Below the pieces are notes generated by a model, which made no database searches, was not told the DNA's origin, and worked only from the letters and a program-made list of their open reading frames with translations. 64,000 nt of DNA from Octopus vulgaris (lineage: Eukaryota): contig OX597823.1 of the NCBI GenBank assembly GCA_951406725.2, positions 71,300,001 through 71,364,000 of the forward strand, written 5' to 3'. Positions 13,204-25,852 of the stretch are shown one piece after another (position 1 is the first letter of the stretch; every line of letters begins with the position of its first letter). The position numbers were made by a program, and so were the translations under genes.

Positions 13204-13645
13204 TCATCATCATCATCATCGTCGTCATCGTTTAACGTCCGCTTTCCATGCTAGCATGGGTTGGATGATTTGACTGAGGACTGGCGAACCAGATGGCTGC
13301 ACCAGGCTCCAATCTTGATTTGGCAGAGTTTCTACCTCTGGATGCCCTTCCTAACGCCAACCACTCCGAAAGTGTAGCGAGTACATTTACGTGACACCGG
13401 CATGAGGGCCAGTCAGGCGGTACTGGCAACGGTCAAGGAAAATCACGGGGTTTTTTTACGTGTCACCTGCACACCGGCACATGTGCCAGTAAGGCGACGC
13501 TGGTAACGATCACGCTCGAATGGTGCTTTTTATGTGCCACCGGCACGAATGTCAGTTAGCTGCTCTGGCAACGATCACGCTCGGGTGGTGCTCTTAGTGC
13601 TCCACTAGCACTGATGCCACTCATCGAATTTGACAGTAACTTTGA
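13201..13645 (-). mobile_element. SINE family C with RTE-like tail and (GAT)n end
   Basis: Contains 'ggatgcccttcctaacgccaacc' and 'catgctagcatggaaagcggacgttaaacgatga'; related copies at 38853, 41840, 58228 and 59897. Confidence 0.8.
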
Positions 13646-14440
13646 AGTAGCTTGTATGTGTATATAGATGTATAACAACGAAAGAAACAGACATATGTGA
13701 AAAAAACTATACATATAGTATTTATTCCACCGAAGTTCCACAAATACATAAACTCTCTCTTGTCCGCCTCGTCAGCAGTAATGTGGTGAAACAATGATTG
13801 GCCAGTTTGGAAATCTATAACGAATAATACTCTTGATCACAAAATGATATAAAGTAAAATAAGTTGGCTCAAATAAGGGGAGATTAGAATACATTGAAGA
13901 GGTAATTCATATTTTCTTCAGACTTAGTCAATCAATCATACTGTACTAATTCCACGGGCACAAGATGTTGGAAACAAAACAAAACCTTGACTATCAAATA
14001 AACTTTCAGGCTACTACGTCTTGCTAGCATATAATAACTCGTTCAAAATTTGCAATTCCCCCAAATGCATTTGTCGTCTCGCTTACACTTTTAAATCTAT
14101 ACTATACGACCTGCTACATGGTGGCTGCCCCCTCGTTATCGAGTATGGTCATTGCACGAAGCTTAATCAATGCTGTTATCGTGCAATGCCTGTGCGAGAA
14201 GATTTTTTTTAAAGTGAGGAAAGGCTGTGCACTGAGTCAATCCTACTCACTAAGCAACAGCAGCCATAATCTGAAAAGAAGAACAAGTCAACATCATCGG
14301 TAACCCTACAAAACACACACACTGCCTCATATGCTGATAACTGTCACATGTTCTCCATCATTTACAGCTATATATAAATAACTAATTTGACTTGGTAGAG
14401 CTGTTATTCATAATGATCTTATAATGAATAAGAGTACTCT

Positions 14441-14914
14441 GTGTGGAGGCGCAATGGGCCAGCGGACTCACGGTCATAGGATCGCGGTTTCGATTCCTAG
14501 ACCGGGCATTGTGAGTGTTTATAGAGCGAAAACACAAAAGCTCCACGAGGCTCTGGCAGGGGCTGGTGGCGAACCCTGCTGTACTCTTTCACAACATCTT
14601 TCTCTCACTCTTTCTTCTTGTTTCTGTTATACCTGTATTTTAAAGGGCCAGCCTTGTCACACTCTGTGTCATGCTGAATCTCCCCGAGAACTATGTTAAG
14701 GGTACGCGTGTCTGTGGAGTGCTCTGCCACTTGCACGTTAATAAATGAGCAGCGACGTCACTGGTGCCAAGTTGTATCGGCCTTTGGATAACATGGTGGC
14801 GTGAAGAGGGGAGGCTGGTATGCGTGGGCGACTGCTGGTCTTCCATAAACAACCTTGCCGGACTTCTGCCTCGGAGGAGGTGCAATCCCATGGTCATTCA
14901 TGACTGAAGGGGGC
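14441..14914 (+). mobile_element. SINE family D
   Basis: tRNA-like head (gtttcgattcc B-box); 3' part shared with the 57216-57553 copy. Confidence 0.7.
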
Positions 14915-14961
14915 CACACACACACACTCTGTAATCAACAAAGGGTGGAATTATACTTTAA

Positions 14962-15183
14962 CCCTTTCGTTACCATATTTCTGTTGAGATGCTTTGTGTT
15001 TCTTTCAATTAATTGTAAAAATAACAAAAAATTTAGTAAAATAACTTAGTTACCATTAAACTAGAGCTATGAACATAAATTATGACTAAGGTTTGGTGGA
15101 AGATTTTAATCCAAAACTTATGAAAACAAGACATTTGTACTACAGAGCTAGAGGCAATTTCAGCCAGGCTGGTATCAAAAGGG
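14962..15183. mobile_element. piggyBac-like MITE
   Basis: TTAA|CCCTTTCGTTACC ... GGTATCAAAAGGG|TTAT; it sits beside another inverted repeat (15187-15270 / 15395-15475). Confidence 0.7.
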
Positions 15184-15966
15184 TTATACCCCATATGCCC
15201 TTCATAATTTTTTTAATATTTTGAAATTTTCAGAAAATCTTTGCGAATATGTGTTCTGCCCATGGGAATTCGCACGATTGTCTTTTTCTTTTTATTTGTT
15301 TCAGTCGTGAGACTGAAGCCATACCAGGGCACAACCTTGGAAAATTCTTTTAAGCTTAGTACTTATTCTCTCGGCCTCTTTCAATGAACCGCTATCCTTT
15401 GTGTAGAAGAGATATTCGCAACCTTTTCTGAAAATTTCAAAATATTACAAAACTTATGAGGAGTTATACGGGAAACTTAATTCTGCCTAACAAAGATTCC
15501 CTCACTTCGCAGTAGTGAGTCTACGTGCCATCTGATCAAATCTATTGCCACCTGTATAACAATGAAAATAAAGCGGAACATTATTATAATACTGTAGACC
15601 AGAATTCAGCGAACGTTTTTGCAGACCAAAACGAACGAAAAATGAAACTATGATCATGCAAAGCTATAGAAACATTTTGTTGTAATTATGGTTTTTCTTG
15701 CAAGTGTTAATACAGAATAAAATAATTGTTTGTCACAGGTGATTATAAAGAATAACCATAAGAGTAGGTGTTTCTTAATAACAAAACATTGGTTAGTCTT
15801 GTCAATAAAAATTGCTTTATTTTGCTAAGGAACTATACAATATATGAATGGATTCAAAGAGCAAAATAATACCACACAAAGAACAGTATGGTGTAAAGAA
15901 TGAATAACACTTGTACTTCGTCTATGTATATAATATATTTATGTATGAATGAGTGTGTGTGTGTTC

Positions 15967-16008
<42 letters not shown>

Positions 16009-16175
16009 ATTTCCAAATTTCTTACATGGTTTGGTTTTACCGTTTTTTATTATTGTAGTAAAAAAATTTTTTTTAAAGATTTTCAACACTTTTCAACATT
16101 GTAAAAAAAAAATGTTATACTGTAATACACAAAGCATAAAAACCAGACCGTGTTGTAACTTTATTCAACTGATAT

Positions 16176-16176
16176 G

Positions 16177-16246
<70 letters not shown>

Positions 16247-16502
16247 GATAATTATATATATATATAAAAGTATATATATATGTATATATATATATATATC
16301 AGTATATACATTTATAAGTATATATATATATAAAGTTATATATAAGTATATGTATAAGTATATGTATATGTATATATATGTATATATATAAGTATATATA
16401 TATATATATATATAAAGATATATATAAGTATATGTATAAGTATATATATATATGTATATGTATGTATATATATATGTATATATATATATATGTATACATA
16501 TG

Positions 16503-16533
<31 letters not shown>

Positions 16534-16555
16534 GTATATATGTATATATATATAT

Positions 16556-16586
<31 letters not shown>

Positions 16587-16736
16587 AAGATGAGAATGTA
16601 TGTCTGTCTGTGTAAATCCCTAAAACTCGAGAACTACACAACCAATTTCATTCAAATTTTACATGTATATATATATAGAAGTATGTGTATACATGTATAT
16701 GTATAGATGCACATGTAATATGTAGACATATATGCA

Positions 16737-16787
<51 letters not shown>

Positions 16788-16790
16788 TTA
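16176..16790. repeat. Compound (TG)n/(TA)n/(TATG)n microsatellite
   Basis: Seen directly; it is the source of the many YI/VC pseudo-ORFs. Confidence 0.95.
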
Positions 16791-17127
16791 TAACAATATG
16801 AAGTTGTAAGGTACCACACAAGTGGTAATGTATATGATAGGAGGTTTGAAAATGCAATTTTTAAAATGTTTATTTACTTGGACGGTTTCAATTTTTTAGA
16901 AAAAGATTGTCAAAAGTAAAATGTGAACGCTTTGTATAAGCTTTGTTGTGTTAATTACTAGTTGTCACAAAAGCATAAAAATACATATATACATTCTTTG
17001 ATAATAATAAGAAAATGTTAAAAACAGTTTACAAGGAAATATCTTGAGAATATATTAAACAAAAAGTATTAGGAGTTCAAGATAAATATTAGGAGTTCAA
17101 TAAACATATTTGTTTGGTAGTATATAT

Positions 17128-17157
<30 letters not shown>

Positions 17158-17158
<1 letters not shown>

Positions 17159-17376
17159 GTTAATCCAAACAAGAAAATACAAAAAAACAAACAAAAAAAC
17201 ATAACAACGCGAGGACGTGGAACAAATAAAGTATTATTGGACGCTCAGGAAAAAAGGGAAGAAGGAGGGTTTAACGTTTCGAGCGGAGCTCTTCGTCGGA
17301 AATATAGGAGAAGGAAAGATCCCGAGAAGGGAAGACAGCGGAAAAAAAATCGCCAGCGGTACTCATAAAGTCACAT

Positions 17377-17380
<4 letters not shown>
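17158..17380 (-). mobile_element. Penelope-type pLTR fragment in (TA)n
   Basis: Homologous to 39270-39472 in the opposite orientation; carries a hammerhead-like motif; flanked by (TA)n. Confidence 0.65.
17269..17303 (-). ncRNA. Minimal hammerhead-like motif (variant core)
   Basis: UUU CCGACGA A GAGC-UCC-GCUC GAAAC GUU AAA. Confidence 0.5.
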
Positions 17381-17415
<35 letters not shown>

Positions 17416-17494
17416 GGCGGTGCCCCAGCATGGCCACAGCTCATAAGCTGAAACTAGAATCAATCAATCAATCAATCATATATATATATATATA

Positions 17495-17620
17495 TATATT
17501 AAATTAGAGATAAAACCACTATTAGGCAAATCAAACAATGAAAAACTTAAGCCAATACATTGGCTTAAGTTTTTCATTGTTTGATTTGCCTAATAGTGGT
17601 TTTATCTCTAATTTAATATA
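17495..17620. repeat. Perfect palindrome, 62-bp arms, 2-nt loop, embedded in (TA)n
   Basis: 17495-17556 is the exact reverse complement of 17559-17620. Confidence 0.9.
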
Positions 17621-17699
17621 ATATAATATTTTACTATAAATTGGATTCAATCCTAAATCTGATTTTTCCCTGTAAGTTTGGATTTATTCCCTAATATTT

Positions 17700-17763
<64 letters not shown>

Positions 17764-18078
17764 GGATATATATTTAGAAGCTTACAAAGAATTTGAGATG
17801 AACTGACCTGTTTTAGCAAAAAATGCTAAAACAAGTTAGTTCAGCTAACCACTGGGCCATTGCGACACCACACACACACATATATATAAGTATATGTATA
17901 CATATATGTGTGTGTGTATATATATCTGTTTATATACATATATGTGTGTGTGCGTATAAAGTATATATATATATACACACACACACACACATATAAATGT
18001 GAAACAAGGTGGAAAAAGAGTACTCAAATACCAGAGCTAGAGTAATATGCTTTATTTAAAAGCAGCAGAAATATAACA

Positions 18079-18122
18079 AAAGCTGTTGCTCAGTTTCACG
18101 TTCCCGTTCGTCGGACAGTTTT
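18079..18122 (-). ncRNA. Type I minimal hammerhead ribozyme (degenerate copy)
   Basis: AAAACUGU CCGACGA ACG-GGAA-CGU GAAAC UGA GCA ACAGCUUU; sister copy at 63890. Confidence 0.6.
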
Positions 18123-18305
18123 GTTTTAAATAGAACAGAAATGACAACAGAACAAATCCATTTTTAAAGGGTTATCCTTTAACTTCTTTTCCACTCTCTT
18201 TTTAAACTTTCCTTTTGTTTAATAAATATTTTTCGATTCTTAACGTTTATTACTTCGATTCCGTATCTTCTTTCTTTCTTCCACTGTTTTCTTAAACTCT
18301 CCTAG

Positions 18306-18705
18306 TCTTTATATATAAAAGTCAAGTTGTGTGTCTGTCTCCTACGATTTAGATTCCTAACTACTCCCACATTTTGCGGTGCAGTTTAACCAAAACCGGG
18401 TATCATATAGTCGTGATTGATATCGAGCCCTTCTGGGTATTAGCGCGCGTCTACGATTAGTCTACGATTTAAAAAAAAAAATTACCATCATTTTTTTCCA
18501 TTTTAATGCATTTTTTTCACTATTATATAAGGGAAGTAACTCTCTAAAAATGTCTACGATGAGTCAACGATTTAAAAAAAAGTTTACCATAACTTTTTTT
18601 CCATTTTTAATGCATTTTTTTGCTTTTATTTGGCTATAACTCTCTAAAAATGCTTATATAGTTATTTCCCTTACAAACCCGAGCAACGCCGGGCGATACT
18701 GCCAG
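18306..18705 (+). mobile_element. Non-autonomous Helitron
   Basis: Same family as 5882-6275; TC start, hairpin, CCAG|T end, internal duplication. Confidence 0.85.
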
Positions 18706-19339
18706 TATTAAATAAAAATGTTCTGATTCTTTAAACATTGTCTCTTTCTCTTTCCGAACGTTCCTAGTTATATATTTAGATACCTGTACCTAATTAAACG
18801 ATACCATTTTCTCTCTTTCTTCCACCTTCTCTTGAATCCCTTTTTCATTGCATAACATCACCTCTCTCTCTCTCTCTCTCTCTCGCCCTCCTTTCTGGAC
18901 GTCCGTAAAGTTGCACATTATTTAGAATCTTTTACATTCTCTGATTAAACATTTCTTTCTCTCGTTGCACACTATTAAACATTCCCTCTCTCCTTCTCTC
19001 TGGACGTCCGTTAGGTTGCACATGTTGAGACTCTTACATTCTCTTCTGAAACATTCTTTCCCTCTCCCGCGCTCTCTGGGCGTACCTAAAGTTATATATT
19101 TCGATTTCTTTTTGCACCGATGTAAAGTACAGTATTTTAGAAACATCTACGATACCTTTCTTTCTCGCTTTCTCCCACCCCATTATAGACCACCTTATTT
19201 CTCTCCTACACATAACGACACCACGTGTTTCAGACTCCTTGTCTCATATTCCATCTCTTATTGAACTTTCCTTTCTCTATCTCTTTGACACTAACTTCCG
19301 TATCACACTCGCAAACTCCCCGTTACTCTTTCTCTGAAC

Positions 19340-19389
<50 letters not shown>

Positions 19390-19605
19390 TTATTCTATAA
19401 AAATCAACAGACGGACAGCATCAACCGCAAATTCATACAATCAGATTCAGGCAAGCAAAATACAAAAGATGCGTTGAAATTGGCTGTTCAAAGAGCTCCG
19501 TCTCTTTAATCAAGGATGGAGCATGAGCGAGGGTTCTCCATTCAACGACCTGATAGCGGCGGTCTTGAAAAGCTATGGTTACCATAGGTCCATGGCACAG
19601 ATTGC

Positions 19606-19986
19606 TTGAAAGAAACAAGAGTTCATACGCTCCTATGCGCTCTTGTCAAGCCGTTTATCAACTTTCTGGAAGATATAAGGAAGAAGACAGGAGTGCTCAA
19701 TGACGACCCTGCATGCCTGGAATCCAATAAAGGACAAACAGACAGTATAAAAAATGAACCTGCAAACATCACTGAGCCCAAAAACAGCACTGAAAAAGAA
19801 CCTGCAAGCACCACCGGCCCCCAAAACAACACTGACAGCAGCGACAGCTGTGATAAGAATAGTCAAAGCGGGAATGTGGTGATAAACAGTGTCAAACAAA
19901 AAACTGGCACAGCCAGGAAAACTGATGTCCTGATATCGAAAGTTAACAGGAAGGACAAGCAAAAAGACAAAAACCCAAAACGCTAA
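19606..19986 (+). other. Orphan ORF or decayed coding segment with a 15-aa repeat
   Basis: Low-complexity hydrophilic ORF with a ~45-nt repeat (NEPANITEPKNSTEK / EPASTTGPQNNTDS); upstream frames are interrupted; family not recognised. Confidence 0.3.
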
Positions 19987-20264
19987 AAGGAAAAACGAAG
20001 AAGCTTAAGGAGAGAAACAGACAGAACCCAGTTTGCATGTAAGTTATAATTGATTGATGTTACTTAATCGTTTAGTTGCCACTTGCAATAAATTCGGTGG
20101 TCACTCAAGGACAGATGTTTAAACCCTGTTAAAATAAAAATAGAGCCAAAAAGTAATCAGCTCTTTTTGTTGGACCGTGTTATTTCAGAACCGTGCAAAA
20201 AGAGAATTGCGTGTGTGTGTGTGTGTTTCAACATTCTAATATCCGAAAGCTGATGAACCAGCTA

Positions 20265-21543
20265 CGAGGGACGTTCAATAAGTAATGCCTCTGACCCACT
20301 TGCAGTTGTTTGATCTAGCTGTGCAATCATTTATATCTCTATAGAGTAAGTGGCAAATTACAACTCTGAATTAATTGTGGTTTCTTATTTACAGGTGTTT
20401 GAACCGAGTCAAGTGTGAAAGGGAGCCTGTTGAGTGTCGAGCAGTGATCCGGTTTTTGTATTTGAAAGGACGCACACCACGGGAGACTTTTGATGAAATG
20501 AAAGTAACTTATGGTAATGATGCCCCATCATATGACCTTGTAAAACGCTGGCATCGTGAATTCAAACATGGTCGGAACTCTGTGGAAACAGCTCCCAGAT
20601 CTGGTCGCCCCCTCCTGCCATTGATGAGGCATCTGTCCGTCAAGTTGAGGCTGCCATTTTGGAAGATCGACGCATAATTATTCGCCAAATAGCCCATGAG
20701 GTCAAGATTAGTACCGGGTCTGTGGAAACTATCATTCATGACCATTTGCATATGCAAAAGGTGTCTGCCAGATGGATTCCCAGGTTGCTCACGCCTTTCC
20801 AGAAGCAAGAACGCGTCGAGTGCTCGAGGGTGAATTTGGAGATGTGCCAAGAAGATGAGTCAAAATTTTTCAAAAGACTGATTACACAGGACGAAACCTG
20901 GGTCCATCACGATGATCCAGAGACCAAAGCCCAGTCAATGCAGTGGAAGCACCGTGACTCACCCCCTCCAAAGAAGGCAAGGGTGCAGCCCTCCGCTGGC
21001 AAGGTCATGCTCACAGTCTTCTGGGATCAGGACGGAGTAGTGATGACAGATTTCCTGGCAAAGGGTACCACAATTACAGGAGCCTATTATGCGTCACTTT
21101 TGAGGAAATTAAGAGAAGCTATCAAAATATAGAGGCGGGGCAAGATCAGCAAAGGCATCCTCCTCCTGCAGGACAACGCTCCGGTCCACAACTCGCTTGT
21201 CGCCAGATCAGAAGCACAGGCGTATGGCTATGAACTCCTCCCCCATCCCCCTACTTTCCTGACCTTGCACCCTCTGATTTTCACCTCTTCCCAATCATGA
21301 AGTTGTTTTTGAAAGGAAAGCGTTTCCCAGATGATGCAGCCTTGATTTCTGAAGTCACGTTGAGGTTGGAGGACCAAGCTGGGGTCTTCTACAAAAACGG
21401 TCTCCAGAGCCGCATCAAACGATGGGAGAAATGCGTAACTCTGGGTGGTTCCTATGTAGAAAAAGACTAATAACTGTGCCAAGTTTCGTTGCTCTACTGC
21501 TATGGGAAGTGGGTCAGGGGCATTACTTATTGAACGCCCCTCG
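20265..21543 (+). mobile_element. Mariner transposon (DD34D), full length but defective
   Basis: TA TSDs; 37-bp TIRs cgaggg(a/g)cgttcaataagtaatgcc(t/c)ctgacccactt; length 1279 bp. Confidence 0.95.
20420..21470 (+). pseudogene. Mariner transposase pseudogene
   Basis: Motifs WIPRLL, ITQDETWV, QDNAPVH, PDLAPSDFHLF; frameshift near 20610 and in-frame TAG at 21130. Confidence 0.92.
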
Positions 21544-21600
21544 TAAATTGTTTCTCCATTTTTTTATTTGTATTATACATATATATATATATATATATAG

Positions 21601-21744
21601 GGGTAAAATATGAAAAATCAACGAAAATGCTCATTGTAAATTAAAAAGAGGCTTTTTATGACAGGTAACGACAAATATATACTGTCATAAAAAGCCTTTT
21701 TTTATTTACAATGAGCATTTTCGTTGATTTTTCATATTTTACCC
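21601..21744. repeat. Inverted repeat (~64-bp arms) between (TA)n tracts
   Basis: 21601-21664 pairs with 21682-21744. Confidence 0.85.
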
Positions 21745-21824
21745 TTACATCTCCACGTGTATTTTATATTTTCTTTTTGTAACATATTTCTACTATATAT
21801 ATATATATATTAATTACAGGTGAA

Positions 21825-21907
21825 GGCCGGTTGAAAGGGTTACCCTGGGTTTCTGGTCATAAAGTGCACCTTTATGGCGTATCTTCTGACCCTAAGACCT
21901 GATGGCC
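21825..21907 (-). ncRNA. Type I hammerhead-like motif with long stem II
   Basis: AGGGU CAGAAGA UACG CCAUAAAG-GUGCA-CUUUAUGA CCA GAAA CCC-A-GGG UA ACCCU; homolog at 25198. Confidence 0.6.
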
Positions 21908-22610
21908 TAGGGAGGAAACGATACAGATATAAACAATCTGTTTCGAAGCAGTTGTCCATAGATATCCTCTTTTCCTTTGATTTTCGAAGAGATGTATTAT
22001 GTAAGCAAGTATGTATAGACACACACATATACATACACATATATGTATCTGCGTGTGTGTGGAGAGAAAGAGAGAGAAATAGACTGATACGCACACGCAT
22101 AAACACACACACACACACACACAATACTCATTCAAGAAAAATGTTTTATACTTAATGCATGATGTCCATAAGTCTTGAAGCTCTGTCGGAGACAAAATAT
22201 TGTCAAACTGTAAAAGAGTCTGCATGTGGCTTCAGGTATCATTGACTTATAAACAGATTTAATGTAATTTATCTTCGAAAATATCTTTTCACATAAAAAA
22301 GCTAACCTTGAACAAAAGCTTTTAGATAAATAAATCCTTTGTCCGGAAGACATTTATATAAGCCGCTCATGTTTTCTCTCTTGTATGTCCTTTAGCATGT
22401 CATTTGATGGCAGGTCAATATTTCAGATAGAAGATTAGGTGAAAGTTCTTCGTTGATGCAGTTTTAAATGGTTTTCAAAGATAAGTGTTGTTTTTTTCCT
22501 TTTCATCGAGGTCTAATAAACATTGTTGAGACTGTATCTTCAAAGCGTCTTGAGCAAATTTAGAAAGAAATCGTGAATTTGTTTTTCCGGTTTTCCTTCT
22601 TTTCGGCTTT

Positions 22611-22952
22611 TATAATAATAATGAAATTAGTGTATACAGTGCTCAGGTGCACCACAACTTGTCAAAAGTGTGTATAAAGCATATACAGTAATGTACAAAT
22701 GTCTGGAAAGTAAACAGTGTATGAGTCAGATACATGCTTGCATGTGTATGGAGGGGAGAAAATCAGGTGTAGTGTTGGCGCGAATCTCAGGAAGCATGGA
22801 AGTTTTGAAGGATGCAATGCTCCGACAACTAGCAACTGATGCCGGCAGTTTGTTCCATGCTTCAGCCACTCTCAGCGTGAAAAAATGTTTCCGAAAGTCA
22901 TGGGAGCTGTGCTGTTTTCTGACTTTGTAAACATGTCCACGGGTGTTAGACA
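22611..22952 (-). mobile_element. 5'-truncated CR1-type LINE (3' end, related subfamily)
   Basis: Matches the end of ORF2 (HDFRKHFFTLRVAEAWNKLPASV) and the 3' UTR stem gtgcacctgagcac of the 31-kb LINE; (ATT)n tail. Confidence 0.9.
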
Positions 22953-23597
22953 GATGTTTTGTTTTGTCTTTTGATTTTCCACAACAGAAAAAGCAGTTGA
23001 GTTATCTGTTAGTTGTACGTTACACGATTTTAAAACAGAAAACAGAACATCGTGGCAGTAAACCTCTTCCTCTAATATATTTTCAAACACACACCCTTGA
23101 GCCTAAAATAAGTTCTGATGCATTTCTGGGCCCTGGAAACCCTCAAAATGCCATAATTTGGTTTCTTATTGCTCTATCAACACAGGAAAGTTATACACAG
23201 TCATTTATGTAATGGATAGTTTTAAATGACGCCAGCATACACACACGCGCGTGCGCATGCTTGTGCGCACACGCACGCACGTACACACACACACATTCAT
23301 ACCCTTGTTGTTTCCAGCCCAACAGATTCCACCATTATCGCCAAACCCAATTTCTTTCCCCAGAACGTCGGCAATTCCGTTCCTGCTCATTAGTTTCTCG
23401 CTGATGTTTAGTTACAACCATTTAAGAGGAATACTAAAGGCACCAATTACACTCTTCTAGAAAGATCTGCGAAGGCCATGAGGCACTGTCTCTTCCAACA
23501 AGTAAAACGAGTAAATAAAAGGCACATAGGTATTGTTTCAGAAAGAAACCATGTAATTTTAATCAATGTTCTGTGTTTATATACATGTACGTATAAC

Positions 23598-23709
23598 AGA
23601 TAGATAGATAGATAGATAGATAGACAGGCAGACAGAGACAGACTGAGGGACAGAAAGACAGACAGATACATACATAGTCAGACAGACAAACAGGCAGAGA
23701 CAGAAAAAT

Positions 23710-23800
<91 letters not shown>
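23598..23800. repeat. (GATA)n/(GACA)n microsatellite
   Basis: Seen directly. Confidence 0.95.
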
Positions 23801-23801
<1 letters not shown>

Positions 23802-24092
23802 TACAGTGTGTTAGGGCTAAATTTGTCTTTCTTTTTTGCAGGAACAGCTTGATCTATTCTTGAACAGTCAATGCTGTTGGAAAACATATATTTCAAATAG
23901 ATAATACGATTAAACAAAGTATTTTGGCCGTGCTGTGCAATACAAACCTAATTTGCCAAATATTTCTATTATATTATTATTAAGGGAAAAATTTAGTGAT
24001 ACTGAAAAGTTTTTAACTTCCATTTTTTTCCTCCCTTTCGGAGTACACAACCATCAGTAACTTTTTCCCTTTTTGGTATTTTATTCCAAACA

Positions 24093-24455
24093 TAACTGTG
24101 TGGTTAAGAAGCTCACTTTACAACCATGGATTTGTGGTTCACTTTCACAGCGCAGCACATTGGGCAAGCGTTTTCTACAATTACATTGAGCCGACCAAAG
24201 CCTTGTCAGTGGATTTAGTAGACTGAGACCATCTATAAGCCCGTCATGTGTATGTGCGGTGTGTGTGTTTGTATACGTCCTCCATCCATCGTTTGACAAC
24301 TGGTAATGGCTTGTTTACGTTCCCATAGCTTAGCAGTTCGACAAAAGAGATCAGACTTTAAGAAATAAGTATGAGGCGGGGGGTCAATTTATTCGACTAA
24401 TCTTTCAAGATAGTGTCTCAACATGACCGCCGCATTACAATGACTGAAAGAAGAA
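24093..24455 (+). mobile_element. SINE family A, diverged
   Basis: Homologous to the other family A copies. Confidence 0.75.
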
Positions 24456-24979
24456 CAGGATAAGCGGTATTAAGCATAAACGATTGCAATCCTGCAAGAA
24501 AAAATTAGATTTGTTGTTAAAGCTTTAGAGTTGTTAAGAAATAGAGTCTAGTGTTAAGAGGGTCACGCAGGGAATGGAAATAGATAAGTTAAACTGAACT
24601 GGAGAATAACTTTTCTTTTTATACAATCGAAATGTTCAATATTTAAAACAGAAATCCGAAAAATTATTTCCGAATAAGCACAAACCCAGAAATGTGTCGT
24701 ATATATATATATAAATAAATAATGAGGGAGATAAATTAATATTAATTTTAATATCAATTTATAACCAGTAGTCCAGCATACAAAAAATCTGAGAAGTCAG
24801 AGAAAATTCTAATATATGTGTATATTGGCAGGGCTTACTGCTAGGAAGTCGGCCGTATGCTAGAAACAGATCATTGACGATCTAACTACAAGGAAATTCT
24901 CTAGAGGAAAAATTCAGCGAACACCAGAACCAAATTTGGTGGGCAGGACAGATGAAAATTTATATAAAAAACAGAATTA

Positions 24980-25055
24980 AATGCATACCTCGGTTTCGGC
25001 CTTTAACAAAAGAATTACTTACGTAATTCAAATGTCCGTGCTTCTTCAGTGCATT
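24980..25055 (-). ncRNA. Type I hammerhead ribozyme with canonical core
   Basis: AAUGCA CUGAAGA [long stem II including GAAUUAC-GUAA-GUAAUUC] GAAA CC-GA-GG UA UGCAUU; GUA cleavage triplet. Confidence 0.75.
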
Positions 25056-25197
25056 CGTTCATTGTAAATGTAAACTGAAAAACTAACCCCAGCTTTCCGT
25101 GCCAGGACAGACACGTGCTTAGTTTTACCGATTACACTAAGGATAAAATTTCAAATGTCTTGGTTCTATATGTATATATATATATTAAAATGGGGAA

Positions 25198-25283
25198 GGC
25201 CGGTTTATGGGATTACCCTGGGTTTCCCGTCCATAAAGGGTTTAGCTTTATGGCATATCGTCAAACCTCAAAACCTGTTGGCC
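25198..25283 (-). ncRNA. Hammerhead-like motif, homolog of 21825
   Basis: UUGACGA UAUG CCAUAAAG-CUAAACC-CUUUAUGG ACGG GAAA CCC-A-GGG UA; stem II conserved while its loop differs. Confidence 0.55.
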
Positions 25284-25541
25284 TATGACCGCTTCAAAAT
25301 ATGGAGAGGGGAAAGCCACGCTACGAAGGTAAACAATATGGGATTATCTCCCTTCGCCATTGGCTATCGACTTCCGACACCTTCAAGTGTGCTTCTTCTC
25401 CAAATATGTTTTCTACAAACTGTGTGTGCGCGTGTGTGTGAGTGCGTGTATTGGTTTAAAATTTTGGCACAAGGCCAGCAACTTCAGGGGAGGGGATAAA
25501 TCGATTTCATCAACCCCAGAGTTCAACTGGTACTTATTTAA

Positions 25542-25852
25542 CCCATAAAGCGCTGGGATTTGCACTTAAATAGCATGGACTGCTGAGCACATTTTATGAA
25601 AATGAGAATACCATGCACACATAAAAAAACAAAAAAAATAGTTAAAATATCTTCTTAGTATATAATGGCGGCAATTTTTACATCATCTGAAAAGTCATTA
25701 GTTGAACTATTAGTCCTCTTGCATTCTGGTGGGTATTGGAGCGTTTGGGTGACAACAAATGCCCATAAATTAAACGCATCTGTCTGGGCCACGATCGTGG
25801 CTTGTCGACCTGTGCCTGACGGCCATGATTGTGGATCATCGCACTTTATGTG
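25542..25852. mobile_element. piggyBac-like MITE inserted into a family B SINE (25452-25988, minus strand)
   Basis: TTAA|CCCATAAAGCGC...GCACTTTATGTG; the SINE sequence continues on both sides. Confidence 0.55.

Noticed and set aside
15953-16857. Many ORFs rich in Y/I/V/C/H/T
   Set aside because: Translations of (TA)n/(TG)n microsatellite; the same applies to 5487-5787, 37122-37935 and similar tracts.
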